From an uncultured Pelagibacteraceae bacterium (GTDB lineage Bacteria; Pseudomonadota; Alphaproteobacteria; Pelagibacterales; AG-422-B15): a DNA stretch of 64,000 nucleotides. Position numbers and translations under genes: made by a program. The first letter of the stretch is position 1. Every line of letters begins with the position of its first letter. Under the pieces are notes generated by a model. It saw nothing but the letters and a program-made list of their open reading frames with translations, searched no databases and was not told the DNA's origin. Positions 20,329 through 30,616 of the stretch are shown here, one piece after another. The stretch covers positions 562 to 64,561 of the forward strand of contig CACEZK010000005.1 of assembly GCA_902564025.1 (NCBI GenBank). The letters run 5' to 3'.

Positions 20329-21667
20329 TTTCAGAAACAAAATACATACCAACAATTCCAATCAAATTAAAAACTATAATTGAGATCATCGCATATTGAA
20401 GGCTATCTGTGAAAGCAAGTATTAATGACATTATTCCAGGAACAAGCCATGCAGTCGATTTACCGGCAAAGGCATAGAGACCAAAAAATTCTGTCATCTT
20501 CTCTTGTGGGGCCAGTTTGACCATTAATGCGCGAGAAGCTGTTTGTGCAGGACCATAAAAAATTGAGATACCAATGACAACGCAGATATATGTAACCTGA
20601 CTTACAGAATTAAAAATTCCAAATGTGAATTCCTCTACACTTGATGAATATTCGTTAACTGTGAAAAAATAAAATATTGTATCTTTGTCAATTGATATTC
20701 CTAAAACTCCCGAAAGAAATAATCCCCACAAAGACAAGTTTATTACATTTTTTGAACCGATCAGATCGTTTAAATAGCCTCCATAAATTGAGCTTGGTCC
20801 GGATAATACATTTAAAATTATACCAAGTATTAAGACCTGTGTGAGTGACATTCCAACAACTAGACTTGCGTAAACTCCGCCAACTACAAATAGAGCATTG
20901 AGTGCATCTTGATAGAACATTCTCGTAATCAAGAAAGTGAATATATTTTTGTAATTTCTGGCTTCTTTGAAAGTATTAATAAAATTTGTAAGTCCAATCT
21001 TAATTGAATTAATTACAGTAACATCATTTTTTTTAATGTCAGGCGTAAATAAAAATAGAGGTATAATAAAAACTGCATACCAAATAGCGCTGAGTGGTCC
21101 GACCATTCGTATGTGTTCATATTCACTCGTGTCCAAACCATAAAGATTTTCAGTTTCGCCGCCCGGCCAAACAAATAATACTAAAAATAAAATTAATGCG
21201 ATGAGACCTGCGATATAGCCAACTCCATAACCCATACCGCTTAACCAACCAGAATTCTCAGGAGTTTCGATGTTTGCCAAAACTGAGTTATTAAAGACCT
21301 CAGAAAATCCAACCATTGCAGATGCAAGAATTAATCCAAACATCACGAGCCAAATACCGTGAGGAGCACCTGGAGGAGAATACCAAAGCAGTGCCATACC
21401 AAATACAAACAATGCAGATGTTATTCCCATTAATAGTTTTCTGTTCCCTTTAATGTCCGTAATGGATCCAAGAACAGGACTAAAAAGAGCGATAGCTAAA
21501 CCTGAAATTGTTTGTGTGAGAGTTAATTTTTGGGCACCATCATCACCAGCGATAAAGACGTCTGTAAAGTAGACAGAGAAAACAAATGTCATTATCAATG
21601 TATAAAAAGGTTGGTTTGCCCAATCAAACATTGTCCATGAATATCGTCCTAGTTTTGAAGCTCTCAT
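20321..21667 (-). CDS. MFS transporter, UMF1/Atg22-like family
   Basis: WTMFDWANQ, SPVLGSITD, SGMGYGVGY, FFGLYAFAGK; about 12 TM segments. Confidence 0.88.
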   Translation of the reverse strand: MRASKLGRYSWTMFDWANQPFYTLIMTFVFSVYFTDVFIAGDDGAQKLTLTQTISGLAIALFSPVLGSITDIKGNRKLLMGITSALFVFGMALLWYSPPGAPHGIWLVMFGLILASAMVGFSEVFNNSVLANIETPENSGWLSGMGYGVGYIAGLIALILFLVLFVWPGGETENLYGLDTSEYEHIRMVGPLSAIWYAVFIIPLFLFTPDIKKNDVTVINSIKIGLTNFINTFKEARNYKNIFTFLITRMFYQDALNALFVVGGVYASLVVGMSLTQVLILGIILNVLSGPSSIYGGYLNDLIGSKNVINLSLWGLFLSGVLGISIDKDTIFYFFTVNEYSSSVEEFTFGIFNSVSQVTYICVVIGISIFYGPAQTASRALMVKLAPQEKMTEFFGLYAFAGKSTAWLVPGIMSLILAFTDSLQYAMISIIVFNLIGIVGMYFVSEND

Positions 21668-21703
21668 AATTTTTAGGATATACAATTAAGCTAATTATGT
21701 AAG

Positions 21704-22474
21704 TTAATTTTTTTTGTTTGGGACAAAAACAAAATTATTATTTTTTATTTCGTTTGGATTTTGAATACGCTGCAGGCTAAAATTATCATCGACAAAAAAA
21801 CACTTATAGCCAAGTTGTTCTATCTCATTAATCGCAATATTAGGCTGAACTCCAGAATGACGTTCTTCAATTTCAATTAACATTGTTGGCATATTTTTTA
21901 TGATAAATTTTTTTGCACCACGTAAAATATCTAATTCATGTCCCTCAACATCAATTTTTAAAAAACCAATTTGATGTTCAAAATTATACTCATCCAAAGT
22001 AATTTTATTAATGGATTTTATAGTCTCAAATTTTTCATTATCTAAATTATTGGTTTTATGAATTGTAGCGACTCCTAGTTTATACTTCTCTTCGTAATCA
22101 AAACTAGCTGTAATATCTCTTATTGGAATTCTAAGCTCAGCATCACCACTTTCAGATGAAACTGCCATATTTTCTATTTTAATATTTGTTTTATTTTTGA
22201 AACCTTTTAGTAACTTTGAATGCAAAAGTGGGTTAGCCTCGAATGCGTAGACATATTCACATAAGTTCAATAAAAAATAAGAATATACACCTCTATAAAC
22301 ACCAATATCTATTGAGGCCTTTGCTGGATCTACTAATTTATCTAAAACTCTTATTTCATTTTCAGTATTTTTTCTGAGATAACGTTCGGCCCTCCTTTTT
22401 AATAAATAAGCCTCTGAGAGTCCAAAAAGCTTTTTTAAAAAGAATTCGATTTTTTTTTGGTTATAAATTCTCAC
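21704..22474 (-). CDS. FkbM family SAM methyltransferase
   Basis: IDIGVYRG, AFEANP, TLDEY, FLKIDVEGHEL, MPTMLIEIE. Confidence 0.88.
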   Translation of the reverse strand: MRIYNQKKIEFFLKKLFGLSEAYLLKRRAERYLRKNTENEIRVLDKLVDPAKASIDIGVYRGVYSYFLLNLCEYVYAFEANPLLHSKLLKGFKNKTNIKIENMAVSSESGDAELRIPIRDITASFDYEEKYKLGVATIHKTNNLDNEKFETIKSINKITLDEYNFEHQIGFLKIDVEGHELDILRGAKKFIIKNMPTMLIEIEERHSGVQPNIAINEIEQLGYKCFFVDDNFSLQRIQNPNEIKNNNFVFVPNKKN

Positions 22475-22488
22475 AGAAAATAAATTTT

Positions 22489-22563
22489 TGGAGCGAGTGA
22501 AGGGAGTCGAACCCTCGACCTAAACGTTGGCAACGTTTCGCTCTACCACTGAGCTACACTCGC
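22489..22563 (-). tRNA. tRNA-Gly(GCC)
   Basis: GCGAGTGTAGCTCAGTGGTAGAGCGAAACGTTGCCAACGTTTAGGTCGAGGGTTCGACTCCCTTCACTCGCTCCA: cloverleaf, GCC anticodon, encoded CCA. Confidence 0.97.
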
Positions 22564-22638
22564 ACTATAAAAATAATATTAAGTATTAGACTAAAAAAAT
22601 AAATTTTTAAATACTTTTTCTAGGAGCTATCAAAATAT

Positions 22639-23619
22639 TTAATTTGCCTCAAATATATTTTTTACTTTTTCAAAACTTATACTTCTTATAGATTCATCTG
22701 ACCTTGGAACATCTTCATCTTTATCAATTGGAACTATTAAATCTGTATAAATACTTGGTTCACAATCTCCAAAAAGAATAAAACTTTTTTTTCCGTAGGC
22801 AAGTGCTAGATGAGAAAACCCTGTATCATGACCAATGTATATGGAACTAGTTTTTATATGGGGTATAACTTCTTTAATTGTTTTTTCAGCAGTTAAAATT
22901 AATTCAATATCATCACCAGTCTTTTTCATTATTTGTTTTTCTTTTTCAATTTGATCCATACCAGATAGTATTACAAATTTTTTGAAGCCTCTAATCTTTA
23001 AATAGTTTATCAGTTTGATGAAATTTTCTGTTCCCCACTGTCTTGATGGTCCTGATGATGCCATACAAACCATTATTTTCAATGGGTCAACCCGCTCTTT
23101 ATAATGAAGAGTAGTAAAAGAACAATTATTAATTTTTAAAATTTTATTTGTCAGTTCCATACTTTCATCAATTTGATTGATTAAATTAGATTTATAACTC
23201 TCATAAAATTTATATTCTTTTTTCAAAAAAAGGTTTTGTATACCTATTCCTGGGGCGTAAACTTTTTTAATTCCACTTAAATAACACAAAATAACCATTA
23301 GGGCGGAAGAGTGAAAAATAAATATTTCTGAGATATTTGCTGATCTTAATTTGCTTATCAATTCAAAAACTAATTTAATTTGTCTAACTGCACCCCTGCT
23401 ATTACTTTGAATATTTATAAATTTTGATATAAAATTTTGATCTTCTAAATATGCTTCGGCACTAGAAAACTTTTTGGTTATTAATATAATTTTTTTTTGC
23501 CTGGTGTCGGATATTTGTTTGAAACAAGAAATATATGAAACAAAGTTCCCCCAACCCTTTCCGGGAGCAAGCACCGCTGTGTTTTCTTCTTTATTATTTC
23601 TCGCGTTTAACAAAATCAA
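22639..23619 (-). CDS. glycosyltransferase family 9 (heptosyltransferase-like)
   Basis: ASSGPSRQW, YIGHDTGFSHLA, ILFG, IRSISFEKV; start uncertain (TTG). Confidence 0.8.
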   Translation of the reverse strand: MILLNARNNKEENTAVLAPGKGWGNFVSYISCFKQISDTRQKKIILITKKFSSAEAYLEDQNFISKFINIQSNSRGAVRQIKLVFELISKLRSANISEIFIFHSSALMVILCYLSGIKKVYAPGIGIQNLFLKKEYKFYESYKSNLINQIDESMELTNKILKINNCSFTTLHYKERVDPLKIMVCMASSGPSRQWGTENFIKLINYLKIRGFKKFVILSGMDQIEKEKQIMKKTGDDIELILTAEKTIKEVIPHIKTSSIYIGHDTGFSHLALAYGKKSFILFGDCEPSIYTDLIVPIDKDEDVPRSDESIRSISFEKVKNIFEAN

Positions 23620-23763
23620 AAATATTTAAATAGTCTTTATATTGCGAGATTATCACATTTTCTATTCATATTGTCCTTATTAGAGCCAAATTTACTGAAA
23701 AGCCTTGTTTTTATAAAAACCAGAACTATTTAATTCTTAGTAAGAAAGAGATACTATAAATAA

Positions 23764-24423
23764 ATGAAATTGTTTTCAAATATTGAGCAACTGCCTCGTA
23801 CAATTCCAATATTTCCACTAACTGGAGCTGTTCTTTTTCCGGGTACCCAATTACCGCTTAATATATTTGAACCACGGTACGTAAAAATGATTGATGATGC
23901 TCTTTCCAGCCCAGGAAGATTGTTAGGTATGATTCAACCCGCTTCACAAAATCAAGAAACAGGTAATAAATCACTTAAAAAAGTTGGCTGCGTTGGTCGC
24001 ATATCCTCTTTTAATGAAGCTGAGGATAGTAGATATTTAATTACTTTATCTGGTGTTGTCAGATTTAATGTAGAAGAAGAATTGGATGTCACCACACCTT
24101 ATAGACAAATTCTAGCAAACTATGACAATTTTAAGAATGATACTAAAACTCAAAACAGTGATGGAATAGACAGATCTAAACTTCTTGCTTTAGTCAAAAG
24201 GTATCTTGAACATAGAAAAATATTAGCTGACTGGGAAATAATTAAACAGACTCCAACTGAACAATTGATAAACTATTCAGGAATACTAGTTCCCTTTACA
24301 CCAGAGGAAAAACAACTTCTTCTAGAAGCAAAAACATTGATCACTAGAGGCCACGCTCTAGAGGCACTTTATCAATCGTATATTTTTGATCTATCGGGTG
24401 AAAAGAGTGATCAGCTTCATTAA
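23764..24423 (+). CDS. LON peptidase N-terminal (substrate-binding) domain protein
   Basis: LPRTIPIFPL, LPLNIFEPRY, VGCVGRI, EKQLLLEA. Confidence 0.9.
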   Translation: MKLFSNIEQLPRTIPIFPLTGAVLFPGTQLPLNIFEPRYVKMIDDALSSPGRLLGMIQPASQNQETGNKSLKKVGCVGRISSFNEAEDSRYLITLSGVVRFNVEEELDVTTPYRQILANYDNFKNDTKTQNSDGIDRSKLLALVKRYLEHRKILADWEIIKQTPTEQLINYSGILVPFTPEEKQLLLEAKTLITRGHALEALYQSYIFDLSGEKSDQLH

Positions 24424-25589
24424 AGTGACTTAAAAAAATCTAGCCCTGTTGCACTTTTGATAAAAAATCTCTTAAGATATTTATTCTTTTCAACAATATT
24501 AAATCCTTGACGTGTAGCAAAATTCAAAAACTTGTTTTCACTTGTAAGAATATCGTTAAGTGAAAATGTTCCAAAAGAATATGCTAAATTATCTAACTTT
24601 CTTTTAATTTCAAATTCTTCAAGAATCATTTTGTCATTTAGCCTATACCCTAAGGAGGTATACTTTCTTATTAATTTTACAAATAATGCGATATCTTTGA
24701 TACTTAAGTTCAGTCCTTGTCCAGCAATTGGATGTATATTATGAGCAATATTTCCAAGTAAAACAGTTTTTTTATAAAAAAGATTTTTTGCGTATGTAAA
24801 TTGAAGACTATGTTTTTCTAAACTTATGATTTGCATTGAGGTCACATACTCATGGAGATATTTTTCGATAAGTTGCGTTAGCTCTTTATTTTCTTTAGAC
24901 AATATTTTTGAATTGTTTTTTAACGACCATACAACTGAAGCTTCATCATCAGAATACGGTAAAAAAGCTAGTGGCCCATACTTAGTAAATTCCTGGAATG
25001 CGCAGTTTTTATTTTTAATTTGAGCTATAATATTTATAGATAATGCCGTTTGTTTTAAATCTTTTTTAATAAAAGAAATATTTATTTGTTCTGAAATATT
25101 TTTTATTGCTGTTGATAAAATAAGTAAGTTAGAGTTTATTTTTTTGTTACCAGAAAATTTTAATTCAATACCAGTTGCTGTATTCTCAATAGAATCAATT
25201 TGATTTGTATTAATAACGTCTATGTTGCTTAATTGATTAATCTCCTCATTTAGATATTTCTCTAAATCGGAGTTTTTTACAATTTTTCCCAAACTTTTAT
25301 TTTCATTAGTAAATTTAATCGATTGAGCTTTATCTTTCTTTAAACTGTTTAAGTGGCACTTAATTTTTTGTATTTCGGGATATTCTTGGAAAAAATTCGC
25401 ATTCGGTATTATTGATGAAAGATAATTAAGCGAACCAGAAGATAGGAAAGTAACGAGATTAGTATTTGAAACCTCTTGATTTTGATCTTTATCTAATATT
25501 AAGCAAACACTAAAACCATTTTTTGCCAACAGACTCGATGTTATTTTGGCTGAAATGCCTGACCCAAATATAGCAAATTCATATTTCAT
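24420..25589 (-). CDS. UbiH/UbiL-family FAD-dependent ubiquinone hydroxylase (divergent)
   Basis: GPLAFLP, SVVWS, LLGNIAHNIHPIAGQGLNLSIKD; divergent from ftsK as in other alphaproteobacteria. Confidence 0.85.
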   Translation of the reverse strand: MKYEFAIFGSGISAKITSSLLAKNGFSVCLILDKDQNQEVSNTNLVTFLSSGSLNYLSSIIPNANFFQEYPEIQKIKCHLNSLKKDKAQSIKFTNENKSLGKIVKNSDLEKYLNEEINQLSNIDVINTNQIDSIENTATGIELKFSGNKKINSNLLILSTAIKNISEQINISFIKKDLKQTALSINIIAQIKNKNCAFQEFTKYGPLAFLPYSDDEASVVWSLKNNSKILSKENKELTQLIEKYLHEYVTSMQIISLEKHSLQFTYAKNLFYKKTVLLGNIAHNIHPIAGQGLNLSIKDIALFVKLIRKYTSLGYRLNDKMILEEFEIKRKLDNLAYSFGTFSLNDILTSENKFLNFATRQGFNIVEKNKYLKRFFIKSATGLDFFKSL

Positions 25590-25694
25590 TTTTTAATAAA
25601 TAAATTAGTCAGTTAAATCTACAAGTAGATATATAATAACATGATGAATCAAAAACTATTAGAATCCGAAAATTTTTATTCAATTTGACAAATA

Positions 25695-27968
25695 ATGAAG
25701 CTTTTACCTGACTCTATTAAACTTTTCATAATCAATCGGTTGCTTGAGATAATTGGAATTACATCAATTTTAATTAGCTTGTTTATTCTAATATCAATAG
25801 CAAGCTATTCAAGTTTAGATCCAAGCATTTTCAATTTAAACAATTATGAGGTCCAAAATATTGGGGGTTATATCGGAGCAAATATTTCTGAGGTGCTAAT
25901 ACAATTTTTTGGTTATAGCAGTATTCTTATTTGCTTTATTTTAACTAGTTGGGCATACAAACTTTTTTTTTCTAAAAATTTAGAATTATTTGCATTAAAT
26001 TTTTTGCTGTTACCGGTAACTGTTTATTTACTTGCACTTTTTTTTGAAACAATAAATTTGCCTGTATCAAATGGATTTTTTGCAACTCAATCTCTTATTT
26101 TAGTGAATGAAACAAATATAATGACTAGTAATTATTTAAATTATTTATTCATTACATCGATTCTCATATTTTTTTTGTTCTCATTATATTTTACTATGGG
26201 GCTAAAATTAGATGAATGGATAAAGTTTTTTAAGATTTTATGGAGTCTGATAAAAAAATTTTTTATATCTACAAGAAAATTTTTTTATCAGATAAAATCT
26301 CATTTTATAAAAGAACCTATTCAGAAAGTTCCTAGTGATACTGTTAATTATAAAAATCTTGAACCTAAAATTGACTTTGACTCAATTAAAAATAAACCGG
26401 TTACAGCCTATGAATCTAATCAAAACGATAAAGCAAAAGTAGATCAACAAGATGAAATCATATTTGAAGAAAATTCATACAGGGCTCCTGATATAAATTT
26501 TTTATCTAAGCCTGAACTTAACAAAGGAAGCATTATCGATCAGGAAGAGCTTAACTTAAATGCAGAAAAGTTAAAAAACGTATTAACTGATTTTAAAATT
26601 GATGGTGAAATTATAAAAGTATCTCCCGGTCCAATAGTAACTATGTACGAACTACAACCAGCACCAGGAGTTAAGGCCTCAAAAATAATATCTTTGTCAG
26701 ACGACATTGCAAGAAATATGAGTGCTATGTCAGCTCGTGTTGCGATTATACCTGGAAAAAATGTTATCGGAATTGAGATACCTAACACAATCAAGAACCC
26801 AGTCTATTTAAGTGAGTTATTCAAGCATGAACAGTTTGTGAATAATGAGCAAAATTTAATTTTAGCTCTTGGGAAAGATATTAGTGGTTATGCTAAGTTT
26901 GCTAATTTAGAAAATATGCCTCACTTACTAATTGCTGGAACGACAGGCTCAGGTAAATCAGTGGGCATTAATGTAATGATAACATCAATTCTATACAAAC
27001 ATTCTCCTGAGGACTGTAAGTTTATTTTGATTGACCCAAAAATGCTAGAACTCTCAGTGTATGAAGGTGTGCCACACCTTATAACGCCTGTGGTGACTGA
27101 TCCAAAAAAAGCAATTGTTGCTCTTAAGTGGGTAGTAAGAGAAATGGAGTCACGGTATAAAAAAATGTCTTTATTGGGGGTAAGAAATATTGAAAACTAT
27201 AATCAAAGAATAATTGAGGCAATAAATAAATCAGAGAAGATTGTAAGATCTATACCTTCTGGAATAAACTCAGAAACGGGGCAACCAACAACCAAACAAG
27301 TAGAAATAGAAAATAAAAAAATGCCTTTCATTGTAGTTGTTGTAGATGAGATGGCTGACTTAATGATGGTTGCTGGAAAAGAAATTGAACACGCAATTCA
27401 AAGATTGTCTCAAATGGCAAGAGCAGCAGGTATTCATCTAATCATGGCGACGCAAAGACCAAGCGTTGATGTTATTACTGGAACAATTAAAGCTAACTTT
27501 CCAAGTAGGATTAGTTTTCAGGTCAGCTCTAAATTTGATAGCCGTACTATTTTGGGTGATGAAGGCGCAGAGAGATTGTTGGGTAAGGGTGATATGTTAA
27601 TGATGACTGCTGGAGGAGTTACAACACGAATACATGGTCCATTTATTTCAGACCTGGAAATAGAAAATATTGTCAAGTCGCTGCAAAAACAAGGTAATCC
27701 AGAATATGACGATGAAATACTAAAAGAAGAGGAAAGCGAAAATGATTATGGCATAATTTCTGAAGGTGATCATGATAGTTTATTTAAAGACTGTTTAGAA
27801 ATAATTAAAAAAGAGGGAAAAGCATCAACAAGTCTTCTACAGAGAAAATTGCAAATTGGGTACAATCGTGCAGCAAGAATAATGGACCAACTTGAGGAAG
27901 ATGGATACATAAGTGCTGCGAATCATGTTGGTAAAAGAGAAATTAATTTTGATAAGTTTAGTTCCTAA
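25695..27968 (+). CDS. ftsK: DNA translocase FtsK
   Basis: N-terminal TMs, PHLLIAGTTGSGKS, VDEMADLM, ATQRPSVDV, gamma domain LQRKLQIGYNRAAR. Confidence 0.97.
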   Translation: MKLLPDSIKLFIINRLLEIIGITSILISLFILISIASYSSLDPSIFNLNNYEVQNIGGYIGANISEVLIQFFGYSSILICFILTSWAYKLFFSKNLELFALNFLLLPVTVYLLALFFETINLPVSNGFFATQSLILVNETNIMTSNYLNYLFITSILIFFLFSLYFTMGLKLDEWIKFFKILWSLIKKFFISTRKFFYQIKSHFIKEPIQKVPSDTVNYKNLEPKIDFDSIKNKPVTAYESNQNDKAKVDQQDEIIFEENSYRAPDINFLSKPELNKGSIIDQEELNLNAEKLKNVLTDFKIDGEIIKVSPGPIVTMYELQPAPGVKASKIISLSDDIARNMSAMSARVAIIPGKNVIGIEIPNTIKNPVYLSELFKHEQFVNNEQNLILALGKDISGYAKFANLENMPHLLIAGTTGSGKSVGINVMITSILYKHSPEDCKFILIDPKMLELSVYEGVPHLITPVVTDPKKAIVALKWVVREMESRYKKMSLLGVRNIENYNQRIIEAINKSEKIVRSIPSGINSETGQPTTKQVEIENKKMPFIVVVVDEMADLMMVAGKEIEHAIQRLSQMARAAGIHLIMATQRPSVDVITGTIKANFPSRISFQVSSKFDSRTILGDEGAERLLGKGDMLMMTAGGVTTRIHGPFISDLEIENIVKSLQKQGNPEYDDEILKEEESENDYGIISEGDHDSLFKDCLEIIKKEGKASTSLLQRKLQIGYNRAARIMDQLEEDGYISAANHVGKREINFDKFSS

Positions 27969-28537
27969 TGAAAAAAATTCTTTCAGGACTCATTATAGGT
28001 TTTTTTTTTATTAATAATTCTCTATCAAGTGATGTTATTTCACAAATTGAGGTGAATTGGAATGAGATTAAGTCAATGTCAGGTGAATTTGAACAAGTTG
28101 ATCCGGATGAAGTTATATCTAGTGGAGCTTTTTATTTTCTTAAACCCTTTCAATCTAAGTTTGTATATGAAAACAGTAATGAAGATATAATAACCAATAA
28201 AGGCTTAATGATAATTGTAGACAAAGAAGGATTTAAGATTGAAAGCTATGCTATAGGCAATAATATTTTAAAAAAACTTTTATCAAATGAAATAAAGATA
28301 GAGAATGAATTTGATATTATTGCTCTTACTGATGAAAATGAATCGTATAAATTATTTCTAAAACTTAAAAATGATAAATCTGATAATCGCATTCAACTTA
28401 CGTTTGATCAAATTTCACTAGATTTGAAAAAGTGGGAAATTTTTGACGAATTTGGCAACAAAACTGTTTTTAAGTTTACAAAGATCAAAAAAAATATATC
28501 TATAAGCCAAAATTTATTCGTGGTCAGATATAATTAA
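27968..28537 (+). CDS. lolA: outer-membrane lipoprotein carrier LolA (divergent)
   Basis: Signal peptide, MSGEFEQ, G.FY..KP, LKKWEIFDEFGNKT; ftsK-lolA synteny. Confidence 0.8.
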   Translation: MKKILSGLIIGFFFINNSLSSDVISQIEVNWNEIKSMSGEFEQVDPDEVISSGAFYFLKPFQSKFVYENSNEDIITNKGLMIIVDKEGFKIESYAIGNNILKKLLSNEIKIENEFDIIALTDENESYKLFLKLKNDKSDNRIQLTFDQISLDLKKWEIFDEFGNKTVFKFTKIKKNISISQNLFVVRYN

Positions 28538-28571
28538 ACCACAGGCAGGTTATAAAAGTATTTCTATTAAA

Positions 28572-29930
28572 ATGACGGTCAGTTCAAGTAAGGAACTTAA
28601 GCAGTGGCTTGAGTCTAATAAAATATCTGAAGTTGAGTGTATCTTTCCTGATATGGCTGGGTCCTCAAAGGGAAAAATTTTGCCAGTACAAAGATTTATA
28701 AAATCTGTGGAAGATCAAAGTCTAAAACTCGCTGACTCAGTATTTGGTCAGACTGTCTCCGGAAAATGGGTATATGAAAGCGAAGTTATAGATTATGTTG
28801 AGGAAGATTTATTTATGTCTCCAGACTTTTCAACATTAAGAAAAATTCCCTGGAATAAAGAACCGACTGCACAAATTATCTGTGATTTAAAGCATGGGAG
28901 TAATGAGCCTTCAAAAATTGCTCCAAGGCAAGTATTGAGTAACATTATTGAACTATTGAAAGAGGAAAATCTAAAAGCTGTCGTTGCTCCGGAGTTGGAG
29001 TTTTACCTATGTGAACAAAACCTTGATCCTGACCTGCCCTTGAAGACACCAGTTGGTAAATCGGGCCGAAGAGAAACAGGTAGCCGAGTTTTTGGGATTG
29101 ATGCAGTAAATGAGTTTGATGAATTAACGGATGATATTTATGACTATTGTGAAATTATGGAGATCGGTGTTGATACACTTGTCCACGAGTCAGGACCATC
29201 TCAAATAGAGATTAATTTAAATCATGGTGACCCCCTTGCTTTAGCCGACCAAGCTTTCATGTTCAAAAGAGCGGTAAGACAGGTTGCTCTTAAACATGGT
29301 ATACACGCAACCTTTATGGCAAAGCCATACCAAGGTCAACCAGGGAGTTCGATGCATATTCACCAAAATTTAGTATCAACAAAGTCAAGTAAAAATCTCT
29401 TTAGTGATCCGGATGGCAATAATTCAAAAGAGTTCTTTAGCTATATTGGAGGACTTCAAACATATTTACCAGACGCGATGCTTTTATTTGCACCGTATGT
29501 AAATTCATATAGGCGTTTTGTTATTGATGCTTCCGCGCCAATAAATACACATTGGGGTATTGAAAATAGAACTGTTGCTTTCAGAGTACCTACCTCTTCA
29601 CCTGACTCGAGAAGAATTGAAAATAGAATACCAGGTGCAGATACGAATCCATATTTGGCTATAGCAGCATCTCTTGCTTGCGGTTATCTTGGCTTGAGAG
29701 AAAAATCTGAACCTGAAAAACCAATTACTGGTGATGCATTTGAAAGAAGACATAATATTCCCAAATACCTGCCTGACGCTCTAAAAAGACTAAAGGTAAG
29801 TAATGAACTATCTGAAACTTTAGGAAAAGAATTTGTGACACTTTTTACTGAGGTCAAACAAACTGAACATGATGCATATCAAAATGTAATTAGTGCTTGG
29901 GAAAGAGAGCACCTTTTATTAAACGTCTAG
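28572..29930 (+). CDS. glutamine synthetase-like protein, gamma-glutamyl-amine ligase (PuuA/PauA) type
   Basis: APELEFY, HESGPSQIEIN, ATFMAKP...PGSSMHIHQ, WGIENRT, RIENRIPGADTNPY, ISAWEREHLLLNV C-terminus typical of PauA/SpuI-type enzymes. Confidence 0.82.
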   Translation: MTVSSSKELKQWLESNKISEVECIFPDMAGSSKGKILPVQRFIKSVEDQSLKLADSVFGQTVSGKWVYESEVIDYVEEDLFMSPDFSTLRKIPWNKEPTAQIICDLKHGSNEPSKIAPRQVLSNIIELLKEENLKAVVAPELEFYLCEQNLDPDLPLKTPVGKSGRRETGSRVFGIDAVNEFDELTDDIYDYCEIMEIGVDTLVHESGPSQIEINLNHGDPLALADQAFMFKRAVRQVALKHGIHATFMAKPYQGQPGSSMHIHQNLVSTKSSKNLFSDPDGNNSKEFFSYIGGLQTYLPDAMLLFAPYVNSYRRFVIDASAPINTHWGIENRTVAFRVPTSSPDSRRIENRIPGADTNPYLAIAASLACGYLGLREKSEPEKPITGDAFERRHNIPKYLPDALKRLKVSNELSETLGKEFVTLFTEVKQTEHDAYQNVISAWEREHLLLNV

Positions 29931-29931
29931 T

Positions 29932-30591
29932 TTAAAGAATTTCTTTTTTTAAAAAATAGCCTTTGTTATCTGTAAAAATAATTAGATCTTTGAGATAAAG
30001 TTTTTTTTCAATTTTCTTTCTTAATGAATATATGTGTGTCTCAAGAGTGTGCGTATCTATATCTTCATTATAACTCCAAACCTGTTTTAATAGATTTTTT
30101 TTTGTAATATAAATACCATTATTGTTATATAGACACATAAATATCTGCGACTCCTTTTCAGTAAATCTTATATGAAGATCATCGTTGTATAGTGTTCGCA
30201 TGACTGGATCATAAATAAAATTTTTAAATTTAAGTCTTCTTGCAGTTTGCGAAGCAATTTGCTGCAATCTATGAGATACACCTAAAAACATTTCATTTAA
30301 CTTAAGCGGTGTATTAAACATAATCATTTCACCAGCGTATTTTTCAATTTTTGCTTTTTTGATATTTGAATTTATTAAAAATATTACTTTAAATTCTAAA
30401 ATTAATTGCAAATTATCTATTACAAATTCGTCATCAGTAACCAAAAAAAATTTTTCATTTTTCTGTAAATCTTTTTTTTCTTTGATTTGTAATTCAAAGT
30501 CTGCAAAATTATGACTGTATTCAACAATTTCTTTTATAATGGAATGTAATTTTACGTTGCCTAGAGTAATTGGGATTATTCTTTTTTCCAT
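29932..30591 (-). CDS. OmpR-type winged-helix regulator with degenerate receiver domain (CenR-like by synteny)
   Basis: TEKE, LLKQVWSY, THTLETHIYSLRKKIE; divergent from L,D-transpeptidase next to yggS. Confidence 0.8.
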   Translation of the reverse strand: MEKRIIPITLGNVKLHSIIKEIVEYSHNFADFELQIKEKKDLQKNEKFFLVTDDEFVIDNLQLILEFKVIFLINSNIKKAKIEKYAGEMIMFNTPLKLNEMFLGVSHRLQQIASQTARRLKFKNFIYDPVMRTLYNDDLHIRFTEKESQIFMCLYNNNGIYITKKNLLKQVWSYNEDIDTHTLETHIYSLRKKIEKKLYLKDLIIFTDNKGYFLKKEIL

Positions 30592-30616
30592 TATATAGAT
30601 GACTATAATATAGTTT

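Noticed and set aside
22400-22640. Prophage or integrative element at tRNA-Gly
   Set aside because: No integrase, phage genes or duplicated att sequence seen
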